A stretch of DNA of 58,281 nt from a virus (lineage: Duplodnaviria > Caudoviricetes), in the IMG/VR virus record IMGVR_UViG_3300037465_000050, positions 1-58,281 of that record; one strand, given 5' to 3'. Made by a program: the position numbers and the translations under genes. Positions 15,706-24,768 of the stretch are shown here, piece by piece. The stretch's first letter is position 1, and every line of letters begins with the position of its first letter. The notes under the pieces were generated by a model that was given only the letters and a program-made list of their open reading frames with translations, ran no database searches and was not told the origin of the DNA.

Positions 15706-17052
15706 ATGAACGTCAAGAAATCCGCCGGCATCCTCGCGGCAACCGTAGTTATATCCTGCTCAGCAAAGGCCGGCGAGCGCACGCTGACCGGAACGATCGT
15801 AGGACAGATCCAGACGTACAACTTGCGCGCGAACAACGCGCAAGGAGAGCCGATCGAGACCGACGTCGGAGTCCAGTACGCGGTTCCGCGCTGGGATGGA
15901 TACGACGAACACGGAACGTGGGTCGGCTGGGATAGGCTCCAACGCGTCGATGTCCAGACGCAGGCGTTCCTGTTCACGAATGGAGACTTCGAGAACGTCT
16001 CAGCCACACCGCTGTGGTGGGCAGTCGACCACGGAGCACGCGCGTGGTACTCGATCGGATCTCCAGCAGGAGGACCGACGCCGCATGGTGCGGCCGAGTT
16101 CGGCGGCGGGATCCAGGCGTATCTCTACGGCGCTAGCACCACGCCGGCCTTCGATGGCGTGCATGACTTCGACGGAAGCTCTGGCGGATGGTGGGGCGGA
16201 GCCGGACCTGTAGCCATAGTCGAGTCGTGGTACGTCGATGCGCGGCACGAACGCGTAATGCGGGCACTATGCGGGAACGGAATCGTTCCGGTTACGCTCA
16301 ACCTGCGATCGCACTTCGAGCATATTGAGTCGTCGCATTGGAGCTTTCGCGCACGTACGTATATCATTCCGCAAGAAATCCCTTACCAGCCGCAGCCGGC
16401 AACGATGATCCGCGTCACGTATACCTGGGCCGATCCAGGTCAGCAGGTCTACACGCATGAAGTGACGCCTTGGCAGGAAGTCGGGACGCTATGGTCGCCG
16501 ATGATGGCGACGCAGCAGCCGATGACTGGAACCGGCGTTGCCAACTACGATGGAACGCTGTTTCCTCCGGTCTGGACCACGTGGCCGCAGATCATGCCTG
16601 GCGCCGCGAGCGTCACGCTTGAAACCTCGTCGCGCAGCCTCGTCTGCTTCGGCGTCGAGAACGTCGATCCGCTACCGCAGTTCTGCAGCGGATGGGGCGT
16701 GCATTACGTCGATTGCGGTGCGCCGTTCTACAGCAACGGCATCGGCTACAACTTCGGCGTCGGATCGTCGCAACAAGACCTCGGCGCGTTCGATGGCGTG
16801 ATCGACTACCGAGGTGGAAGCGGCATCGACAGGTTCGCTGCTCAGGGTGGATCGTCATACCATCAGATGGATACGCTTTCGGCTCCGTGGCAGATCGCCC
16901 CGCTAGAAGCCGGGCCGACCGACTGCTACTGGCGCCTGCGCTCATGCAGCGCGGCGTTCGTTCCAGAGTTCCTCGATGCGCCGATATCGTGGTGGATGCG
17001 TAGCGGAATCCACGTCAGAGCACGTCTCGTCGTGCGAAAAACCCTTCCGTAA
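15706..17052 (+). CDS. Secreted protein with two choice-of-anchor-E-like repeats
   Basis: N-terminal signal-like segment; two copies of ENV...AFDGVxDxxGxSG (PAFDGVHDFDGSSG, GAFDGVIDYRGGSG); AGGAG SD. Confidence 0.6.
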   Translation: MNVKKSAGILAATVVISCSAKAGERTLTGTIVGQIQTYNLRANNAQGEPIETDVGVQYAVPRWDGYDEHGTWVGWDRLQRVDVQTQAFLFTNGDFENVSATPLWWAVDHGARAWYSIGSPAGGPTPHGAAEFGGGIQAYLYGASTTPAFDGVHDFDGSSGGWWGGAGPVAIVESWYVDARHERVMRALCGNGIVPVTLNLRSHFEHIESSHWSFRARTYIIPQEIPYQPQPATMIRVTYTWADPGQQVYTHEVTPWQEVGTLWSPMMATQQPMTGTGVANYDGTLFPPVWTTWPQIMPGAASVTLETSSRSLVCFGVENVDPLPQFCSGWGVHYVDCGAPFYSNGIGYNFGVGSSQQDLGAFDGVIDYRGGSGIDRFAAQGGSSYHQMDTLSAPWQIAPLEAGPTDCYWRLRSCSAAFVPEFLDAPISWWMRSGIHVRARLVVRKTLP

Positions 17053-17166
17053 TGGCGCAAAACGGGAAATCTGCAACCCGTGCCCCGGCCCTTGATTCCA
17101 ATCATGATGTATCGAATCTCCTGTTACAGTCGATGCGCGAGTCATGCGGGCTAGGCTGATCGTGCG

Positions 17167-18966
17167 ATGAGCAGCTCGGTCGTATCACTCGTGCTGTGGA
17201 ACGGGCGCACGATCAGCGTCCCGCTTCGCGAGGGATGGACGCACCTCGCGGGCCCGCTCGGTATACACGTAATGATCGAGTCGGACGGCACGATCTCGCT
17301 TCGGATTTCGTGCGGTGTGATCGATGCTCCAGATGGCGCGGGATCGGTCGTCATGCGGCGCGTGATCCTGCGAGCTGACTACGACTGCGATCCGTGGCCG
17401 CGCGCGCGCGCGTTGCGCAGGACGGCCGGCGCGAATGAGTGGACGATCGAGCACGGCGGCAAGGTTGGCGCACCGTGGGTCTTTACCGCGCGCTCGGCAT
17501 TGCGCCTGCGCTTGCGACCAGCCGGCTCCATGCAGTCGACGGAGGCTATCCTGGCCGCGCGCCTGCCCTGCACGCGCGCGCTGGCGATCGCCCCCGGTGT
17601 AGATGTTCCGGTCACGGCGCTCGCGCCAGAGGCCGCCGTAGGCCGCCTGGGGCGCATGCTAGCGGCGCTAGTGTCTGGCGCGGTCGATACCGGAGTCGGT
17701 ATTCAGAGCGCGGCCGGCGCTGTGCGGCATGGCTTAGGCTGGCCGCAGGCTGGATCACCAGGCGGTGACGGCCTGGATTTCCTGCCTGGGACGCTCGATC
17801 CACGTCTGGACCTGCTGACGGCGGCCCTGTGGGCGGACCGACATGCCGTCGACGCGCTGCGCTGCGGCAACGGCTGGCCGGTTGACGCGGCCGAGACGTT
17901 CGATGGCAGCTATTCAGGGGCGCGTGGATGGTACCGCGCTTCCAGTCTGCCGGCTTTTGCCTTGGCCGTCTTGCACGAGCAGCGTACTCGACCGAAGGCG
18001 TGGCCGTCGACCGATCAGGAATTGCTCGACACAACGATAGAGCGCGATATGCTCGTATCGCACGACCTGGGCATCGATTTCTGGTCGTCTCCGCAGCCTG
18101 TCGATCGGCAGCACGAGCGCCGCGTAACCGCGCCTCTAGAGGCGGCTGCCGTACTGTGGGGCGATCGCCTTGCTGGCGTTGATCTGCTGTCGTGCGCTGG
18201 AGATGCGGCGCTGGAATGGACAAGTAATGAGTGCTTCGGGCTGCTAGATTCTGCGCGCTCGGATCCTGGTCATGGATCGCCAGCATTCGGCCGCGCGACG
18301 TGGTGGGCGCTCGATACTCTGCGGCTAGGGAGTTTCGTAGATCGTGCAGATGTCATCGCTCAGGCAGCTAGGATCGCGGCGATGCCGAGCGGATTCTGGC
18401 AGCGAGCGCGGCCTGCTAATCAGCTCGTCGATCTTGCGAATAGCTTGCTGGCCTGGAATCCGGACCCGTACAAGATCGGGATTCCGACGACGGATGAAGT
18501 CGCGCAGACGATGGAGGGATTCATCGGAGCGTATGCGCTCGCGCGTGCAGGCTTCACGAGACCGGCGATCGAGTTCTCTGCGCGAGCGCTGATCGATCGG
18601 CCGAGGTTTCTACGCTCGTCGAGTCGGTCGATTTTGACGCGCTTCGGCCGCGTGCCGAAGTTCGTAGGCGTGGCGCGCGGTATTTGGGACAGTGCCGGCT
18701 ATGCGGAGGGTCCCGCTGCGCGCGAAGTGACGAGCGCGGCAGGCGGATGGGACTACTTTCCGTGGGTCGGCCTGGGCCTTGGGCTCTGGCTTGATGGCGG
18801 GAGGCAGGACCGTTGGCTCGATGCGGCGTACCGGGTGCCGGTGCCGGGTGCCGGAGTGACGCCTGAGCGCACTCAAGCGGCGCTCGCGGCAAGGATCTCT
18901 GGATCCGGTCTCGGAAAAGAGCAGACTGGTCTAGTGCTCGCATGGCTGCGGGCAAGGAGCGCGTGA
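17167..18966 (+). CDS. Large hypothetical protein (599 aa)
   Basis: Long ORF co-oriented and closely spaced with downstream genes; no recognised motif. Confidence 0.75.
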   Translation: MSSSVVSLVLWNGRTISVPLREGWTHLAGPLGIHVMIESDGTISLRISCGVIDAPDGAGSVVMRRVILRADYDCDPWPRARALRRTAGANEWTIEHGGKVGAPWVFTARSALRLRLRPAGSMQSTEAILAARLPCTRALAIAPGVDVPVTALAPEAAVGRLGRMLAALVSGAVDTGVGIQSAAGAVRHGLGWPQAGSPGGDGLDFLPGTLDPRLDLLTAALWADRHAVDALRCGNGWPVDAAETFDGSYSGARGWYRASSLPAFALAVLHEQRTRPKAWPSTDQELLDTTIERDMLVSHDLGIDFWSSPQPVDRQHERRVTAPLEAAAVLWGDRLAGVDLLSCAGDAALEWTSNECFGLLDSARSDPGHGSPAFGRATWWALDTLRLGSFVDRADVIAQAARIAAMPSGFWQRARPANQLVDLANSLLAWNPDPYKIGIPTTDEVAQTMEGFIGAYALARAGFTRPAIEFSARALIDRPRFLRSSSRSILTRFGRVPKFVGVARGIWDSAGYAEGPAAREVTSAAGGWDYFPWVGLGLGLWLDGGRQDRWLDAAYRVPVPGAGVTPERTQAALAARISGSGLGKEQTGLVLAWLRARSA

Positions 18967-18970
18967 GACG

Positions 18971-19366
18971 ATGGCCTTCGTAGCGTACCGAGCGACGACG
19001 TTCGATCTGACCGGCACAAACGACATACAGCGCGGGTCGACATTCGTCGCAATCTTTCAGGTCAAGGACGCAGCCGGTAATCCGCAGAACCTCTCTGAAT
19101 GGGTCGCGTACAGTGCGACTCCAGTTTGCCAGTTCAAGACCGACTACGATCCGCCTGGTGTTACCACAGGCTGCCCGCAGCCGACGATGAGCTACCTCAA
19201 CGGCGGAGTTGCCGGTGAAATCCAGATGGTGATCGATGCCTCTGCGACTGCCAGTGCCTCGGTATCGTCAGGGCGATACGACATCGAGATCAGGTATTCC
19301 TCCACGGAGCGCACGCGCGTCTTCGAGGGCGCGTGGACGATCGACAAGGAGGTCACTACGTCGTGA
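18971..19366 (+). CDS. BppU-N-like Ig-fold virion adaptor protein
   Basis: IQRGSTF...KDAAGNPQNLS...GEIQM...YDIEI...RVFEG...EVT pattern; AAGGAG SD. Confidence 0.65.
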   Translation: MAFVAYRATTFDLTGTNDIQRGSTFVAIFQVKDAAGNPQNLSEWVAYSATPVCQFKTDYDPPGVTTGCPQPTMSYLNGGVAGEIQMVIDASATASASVSSGRYDIEIRYSSTERTRVFEGAWTIDKEVTTS

Positions 19367-20970
19367 CGGAAGTTGTCAAGACCGAGACCGCTGGGACCGT
19401 GGTCGGTCCGCCGATTACGGCCGGCACCGTAACGTCGCTCGTCGAGACGCAGATCAATACCGCGGTGCGTCAGTCGGCCGAGCGCCTGAACGTCGTCGTG
19501 ATCCTGCTCGATGACGTCGGCCGCGAGGAGATCGGCTGGTACGGGCTCGGTGCTGACGTGGCGCCGACTCCGCGTCTCGATGGATTCCGAGCCAAGGGTG
19601 TGACGTTCACGAATGCTTATGCGTACCCTATTTGCGGTCCGACACGCGCGGCCGTCCATACAGGCGTGTACGGAAAAGGAACCGGCCTGGCGGCGAACAT
19701 CGAGGCGGATGATACGTGGTATCGGCTAGCGGACAGCAACGTCCTGCTTCCTGAGATTCTTTCAATAGGCTGTGGGGTCGGTCTCTACGCACGCGGTACA
19801 TTCGGCAAGTGGCATATGTGCGGGTATCAGGGACAGGACTCGCATCCGTTCGACAACGGTTACGCGAGGTTCTTCGGCTGTATCCCGAACGCGGGTAGCG
19901 ATGAATCGCTCGGATACTATAATGGGCACGGGCATTTCCGCTGGCGCAAGGTGACTGGTCCTACGGCGTCAGCTTACGTGCCTGCTGGCTACGATCCTGC
20001 CACGTACCCGGGATATCCAGACGCGTTTGCGTACGACTACACTACGTGGGACGCATCGACGAACGTGCGTGATGCGCTTGCATGGATCAACACGCGCACG
20101 ACGCCATTCATCTGCTACCTGCCGCTGAACCCGCCGCACTCGCCGTTCGAGCGTCCGCCGAACACGATCCTGGACAACGTCGGGGTTGGCGCGACTGGCA
20201 CGAACATCGATCTCGTCAGCTCGACGACGAAGACGGCGCTCGATGGAGCGGGGCTCGGCGTAGGCGAGGTCGCGGCGGTCGGTCAGGAGCGGCTCGTCTT
20301 CAAGGCGAATTTGGAGGCTGTCGACACGCTGATCGGCCTTCTGTACGACCGCATGGATCCGACGAAGCGCGCGTCAACTGTGTTCGTGGTCTGGGGAGAC
20401 AACGGCACGCCGGCGACGGTGATCCAGTCGCCGTACGATCCGTTACACGCCAAGCGGACGCTTTACGAGCAAGGTCTGTGGGTTCCGGCGTTGATCTTTT
20501 CTGACTCTCCGGTCATAACGGCGCCAAATCGGAACAGCTCGGCGCTCGTCCATGCAGTCGATCTGTGCCGTACGATCGGCGATCTGTGCCTCGTGGATTG
20601 GTCATTGCTTGACGAGACGGTCGCGCGCGACTCGATATCTCTTGTTCCGATCCTGCGCAACCCGTCAGCATCGTCGCCGCGCACGCGGATCTACGCTGAG
20701 TTATTTTCTCCGCTCGGCGGTCCGCCAGACTCGGATGCGTGGTACACGGTGCTTTCAGACGGCACGTACAAGGTATTTTTTTCGCCAGGTGGCACGATTC
20801 GTTTCTTCCGGATCGGTACCACGCCAGGCTTCTCGACCGGCCTGCCGGGCTATCGTGAGATGGACGCAGACGATTACATGACGGTATCGCAATCGACTTG
20901 GCCGGCTGCGGTACAGAGTGCATATGCGACGCTGTCGAGCGAGATTGTGGCAGTGATGGCCGAGCCCTGA
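19363..20970 (+). CDS. Formylglycine-dependent sulfatase with short N-terminal beta-rich extension
   Basis: NVVVILLDDVG, CGPTRAAVHTG (CxPxR), FGKWH, PHSP, GDNG, KRTLYEQG..VP; GTGA coupling to adaptor gene. Confidence 0.92.
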   Translation: MTEVVKTETAGTVVGPPITAGTVTSLVETQINTAVRQSAERLNVVVILLDDVGREEIGWYGLGADVAPTPRLDGFRAKGVTFTNAYAYPICGPTRAAVHTGVYGKGTGLAANIEADDTWYRLADSNVLLPEILSIGCGVGLYARGTFGKWHMCGYQGQDSHPFDNGYARFFGCIPNAGSDESLGYYNGHGHFRWRKVTGPTASAYVPAGYDPATYPGYPDAFAYDYTTWDASTNVRDALAWINTRTTPFICYLPLNPPHSPFERPPNTILDNVGVGATGTNIDLVSSTTKTALDGAGLGVGEVAAVGQERLVFKANLEAVDTLIGLLYDRMDPTKRASTVFVVWGDNGTPATVIQSPYDPLHAKRTLYEQGLWVPALIFSDSPVITAPNRNSSALVHAVDLCRTIGDLCLVDWSLLDETVARDSISLVPILRNPSASSPRTRIYAELFSPLGGPPDSDAWYTVLSDGTYKVFFSPGGTIRFFRIGTTPGFSTGLPGYREMDADDYMTVSQSTWPAAVQSAYATLSSEIVAVMAEP

Positions 20971-20973
20971 GCC

Positions 20974-21276
20974 GTGGTTAGCGATATCGACAATCTACTA
21001 GACCGTACGCAGAGGCGCCTCGCCAACAGCGCCGCGCGATCATCGGACCCAGAAGCGTTCGTGCTGATACAGGACTTGCAAGACGCGCTGGTCCTAGCGA
21101 GATGCCAGCTCAACGGACTGCTCGATCGGGCGATGTCCGTTGACGCACTGTGGGATGCGGATCACGCCGTTGTAATGTTGAACAGCCGCCAGGCGGACGG
21201 CCTGGTCGAGAACCGCTGGGTATTCGACAACCTGCGGAGTGCACTGGAAAAGATCGACGCTGGAGGCGCGCCGTGA
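20974..21276 (+). CDS. Hypothetical protein
   Basis: ORF filling the gap in the operon. Confidence 0.5.
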   Translation: MVSDIDNLLDRTQRRLANSAARSSDPEAFVLIQDLQDALVLARCQLNGLLDRAMSVDALWDADHAVVMLNSRQADGLVENRWVFDNLRSALEKIDAGGAP

Positions 21277-21331
21277 TTACGCTAGGAAAACGCGCGTGCT
21301 GGCCGACTCGCTGATACAGGAGCCTTGACCC

Positions 21332-22177
21332 GTGGCACGAATGACTGGACGCAGGCAGATCAAGGGAGAAATCGGCGACGGCGCGCCCGATGTCGTCGCC
21401 GGCTTGCAGATCGAGCGCGTGGCGATCGCGTCGCTGACGCTTGATCCGAAGAATGCGCGGCTGCATCCCGAGCGCAATATCGCTGCGATCGAGGCGTCGT
21501 TGGCGCGGTTCGGGCAGCGCAAGCCGATCGTCGTCGACAAGGACGGCGTGATCCTGGCCGGCAATGGGACCGTCGAGGCCGCGCGGCGTCTAGGCTGGTC
21601 CGAGATCGATGTTGTACGTACGGACCTTGCTGGTACCGAGGCGCGCGCGTATGCGCTAGCTGACAATCGGACTGCGGAGCTGGCGGAGTGGGATCTATCC
21701 GTACTCAAGTCTACATTGGAAACGTTCGACGATCAGACGCTGGATGAAATCGGATTCAGCGATGATATGCTTGCAGATCTAGTTTCCGAATACGAAGAAA
21801 AAGAGCTAAAGCAAGTATACTCATCTAAGGTTGACTCGCCGATCTATACGCCGAAGCGCGAGACTCCTCCGTCGATTAGCGAGTTATTCGATAGGTCAAA
21901 GACGCATAGCTTAATCGAGAAGATAGAAAATTCTCATCTGCCGCACGATGTGTCTGCTTTCCTGCGGTTTGCTGCTGAGAGGCATACTGTATTCCATTTC
22001 GCAAATATCGCAGAGTTCTATGCACACGCAGATAAGAATGTGCAGCGCCTCATGGAGGATTCTGGATTGGTGATCGTTGATTATAAGAAGGCGATCGAGA
22101 ACGGATTCGTCAGTATCATTAGTACTGTACGTCATTTGGCCGATATCGAGCTTGATCAAGTCGATGATGCGCAATGA
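21332..22177 (+). CDS. ParB-like nuclease domain fused to a C-terminal domain associated with phage glycosyltransferases
   Basis: DPKNARLH, FGQRKPIVVD, ILAGNG, LADNRTAELAEWD; C-terminal FLRFAAERHTVFHFANIAEFYAH. Confidence 0.8.
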   Translation: MARMTGRRQIKGEIGDGAPDVVAGLQIERVAIASLTLDPKNARLHPERNIAAIEASLARFGQRKPIVVDKDGVILAGNGTVEAARRLGWSEIDVVRTDLAGTEARAYALADNRTAELAEWDLSVLKSTLETFDDQTLDEIGFSDDMLADLVSEYEEKELKQVYSSKVDSPIYTPKRETPPSISELFDRSKTHSLIEKIENSHLPHDVSAFLRFAAERHTVFHFANIAEFYAHADKNVQRLMEDSGLVIVDYKKAIENGFVSIISTVRHLADIELDQVDDAQ

Positions 22178-23036
22178 TTTTGCCGCTTTGATCCTGACAC
22201 ACGGGCGACCTGACCGCGTCTACACCTATGACTCGTTGATGCGTTCTGGATATACTGGCAGGTGGTATATCGTTATTGATGACGAGGATAAAACAGCCGG
22301 TGGATATATTGAGAGGTTCGGAAAGGACCACGTTGTTGTATTCAGTAAGGCTGAAATCGCAGCACGGATCGATGAAGGCAATAACTTCCAGGACAGGCGA
22401 GCGATCGTTTACGCGCGCAATGCCTGTTGGGATATTGCAGAGAAAGTCGGAGTGCATTATTTTATGCAGCTAGATGATGATTACACAAACTTTCAATATC
22501 GGTCATCTAATAAAAAAGCTGTATGTGGGCAGCGAATATTGGTCACGATGGATAAGCTGCTATCTGCAATGATTGATTTTTTCGAGCAGACTCAAGCCCT
22601 TGCAGTCGCGATGTTGCAAGGTGGTGATTACATAGGATATGGCAATAAATCACACAAAATAGATCATGGTAGTATCCGCAAGTGCATGAATAGCTGGCTT
22701 TGCAGTGTTGATCGTAAGTTTTCATTTCAAGGCACAATGAATGAAGACGCCACCGCATATAGCCTTGGAGGCCTGCGCGGCAATCTATTCTTATCGATCC
22801 CGTTTACATGCATTGGTCAGGTGCAAACGCAGGCATCTGATGGAGTAATGAGCGAGGTTTACGCTAGGTACGGAACGTACGTCAAAACAATGTATTCCGT
22901 AATCGCTGCGCCGTCATGTTGCAAAGTATCGCTTCTGCGCGATCCGAGATCCAATAATGCGCCGCGCATTCATCACAGAATGATTTACGATGCTACATAT
23001 CCGAAGATCGTTCGAGAAGAGCTTGCAAAATCATGA
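22164..23036 (+). CDS. GREB1/TET-associated-type (TAGT-like) GT-A glycosyltransferase
   Basis: ILTHGRPD, YIVIDDED, YARNACW, QLDDDY, MNSW, MNED motifs; AT-richer than flanks. Confidence 0.75.
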   Translation: MMRNDFAALILTHGRPDRVYTYDSLMRSGYTGRWYIVIDDEDKTAGGYIERFGKDHVVVFSKAEIAARIDEGNNFQDRRAIVYARNACWDIAEKVGVHYFMQLDDDYTNFQYRSSNKKAVCGQRILVTMDKLLSAMIDFFEQTQALAVAMLQGGDYIGYGNKSHKIDHGSIRKCMNSWLCSVDRKFSFQGTMNEDATAYSLGGLRGNLFLSIPFTCIGQVQTQASDGVMSEVYARYGTYVKTMYSVIAAPSCCKVSLLRDPRSNNAPRIHHRMIYDATYPKIVREELAKS

Positions 23037-23830
23037 GCGCAAGTACAGCGACAGTCGTAGTACCGTGGCACCGCGACGAAGAGCGCGATAGCTTCCTGCG
23101 CGAGTGGAAGATCAAGCCAGATAATATCCCGGAGTGGCTGATCCTCCAGCACGATGAAAGGCGAGAAGGCTGCGGCGCAACGAAGAACCGCGGAATCAGC
23201 AAGGCAATGGTGCGCGGTGCTGATATTGTCGTCGTCCTCGATGGCGATTGCTATCCTGGTCCGGAGACTGCTAGCGAGAGCAATCCGTTAGAGCACCACG
23301 TCGCACGCCACGTTTCTGCTCTTAGTCCGCAGCCGGTTCGAATGTTCGAAGTTGTTACTCGTCCACCTTCGCGCGGAACACCGTATAGCCAGCTCGACAT
23401 AACGATGCCGGTTGCCATGAGTATCGGCATGTGGACGGATATCGGAGACTATTGCGCCGTGCGTCAACTTGCGCATAATGCAGTACCGATGCAACTGCTG
23501 CCGCAAATGATCTTCGGTCGATACTTTGCTCTATGCGGAATGAATATTGCATTCCGCCCTGCGGTCTGGCGCGAATGGGCGCAGTTTATCGAAGTTTCGC
23601 GATTCGACGATATCTGGATGGGATGGCTGTTGCAGCGCGAAGCGTATCGTCGTGGCTACTGCTTCAATCTGAACGGTCCGCTGGTAAGGCATTCTCGTCA
23701 GAGCAATGTATGGGCGAACCTCCATGATGAGGCGATATATCTCCAGGCGAGCGAGTCTCTCTGGGCTAGGATTGCTACGCATCCATCCGATGATTACGAG
23801 ACGCTTCGTGGGTTGCTTCCCGTCAGATGA
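23033..23830 (+). CDS. RGP/UDP-arabinopyranose-mutase (GT75)-like GT-A protein
   Basis: LDGDCYP, RGTPY, GMW, LCGMNIAFR, RFDDIWMG, HSRQSNVWANL resemble RGP family motifs. Confidence 0.7.
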   Translation: MSASTATVVVPWHRDEERDSFLREWKIKPDNIPEWLILQHDERREGCGATKNRGISKAMVRGADIVVVLDGDCYPGPETASESNPLEHHVARHVSALSPQPVRMFEVVTRPPSRGTPYSQLDITMPVAMSIGMWTDIGDYCAVRQLAHNAVPMQLLPQMIFGRYFALCGMNIAFRPAVWREWAQFIEVSRFDDIWMGWLLQREAYRRGYCFNLNGPLVRHSRQSNVWANLHDEAIYLQASESLWARIATHPSDDYETLRGLLPVR

Positions 23831-24768
23831 ACCGCCGCCCCTCTCGCGTCGAGCCCGACGCAACGCAGCATAACGGCCACCGTGTATGCGGCGCGCTATC
23901 GCACGTTAGGCGGCGAAAGTTCCCGAACGATCCCGACAAGTGGAGGTGCCTAGCGCGTCCTGCGCTCGGCAGCGGCAGATGCAGGCACCACGGGATCGGA
24001 TGCGATGGATCCGGCAACGTCAAGCATGGCGAGCGGAGCACGACGCTGCGATCGTTTCGCGATGTCTACCGTGCTGCGCTTGAGAAGCCTGATTACTCCG
24101 ACCCGCGTGCTGCGATGGCGTTGCTCGATGCGATCGCAGAGCGATTGACGGACCTCGTGGACGAGCGCGACACGCCGCAGTTTCGCAGGCGGGTACTCGA
24201 ACTAAAGCTAGGCATGGACAAGTTGCTCTCGGAAGCGACTCTTGCGCGTCGCGACAGCGATGCTGCCGACGCGCGCGCGCGCGACGCATTGCAACGCGCG
24301 GCCGACGCGCGCGCGGCAGGAGATGCCGTATCCGAAGACGAGGCGCGCGCACAGGCTGACCGCGCGCAGCGCGAGGCCGAGCGGTTCATGACGGATGCGC
24401 GCGAGAAGACGAAGGCTGCCAACGAGGCTAGTCGCGAGCTTACCGAGCTTGCGCAGCGCGGCGCATCCGAGGCCGACGCACTGGACAAACTGCGCGTCGC
24501 TGCCGACACGCTCGCTGGGCGCGTAGCTGAGCTGAATAAGATCCAGCTCGCGGCTCAGGATATTCTGACGAAGCAGGAAATGGTCGGCGTGATGAGCCGC
24601 ATCCTCGACGTGATCTACGAGGAAGCCGGGCCGCGCGCCGCGCAACGCATCGCGATCCGCGTCAGGAATAAGGTCTTCGGCGGCCTGGAAGCGATGAAAG
24701 AGATCGAGCAGATAGGGCAGAATCAGCAACGTGGCGAAGTGGAGCAGGTGGAAGCACCGTCCGGCTGA
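23827..24768 (+). CDS. terS: Terminase small subunit
   Basis: N-terminal CGA...C...GRCRHHG...KHG motif; immediately upstream of TerL. Confidence 0.7.
   Translation: MNRRPSRVEPDATQHNGHRVCGALSHVRRRKFPNDPDKWRCLARPALGSGRCRHHGIGCDGSGNVKHGERSTTLRSFRDVYRAALEKPDYSDPRAAMALLDAIAERLTDLVDERDTPQFRRRVLELKLGMDKLLSEATLARRDSDAADARARDALQRAADARAAGDAVSEDEARAQADRAQREAERFMTDAREKTKAANEASRELTELAQRGASEADALDKLRVAADTLAGRVAELNKIQLAAQDILTKQEMVGVMSRILDVIYEEAGPRAAQRIAIRVRNKVFGGLEAMKEIEQIGQNQQRGEVEQVEAPSG

Noticed and set aside
21332-22177. Plasmid partition system (ParABS)
   Set aside because: No ParA; this ParB type sits with modification and terminase genes
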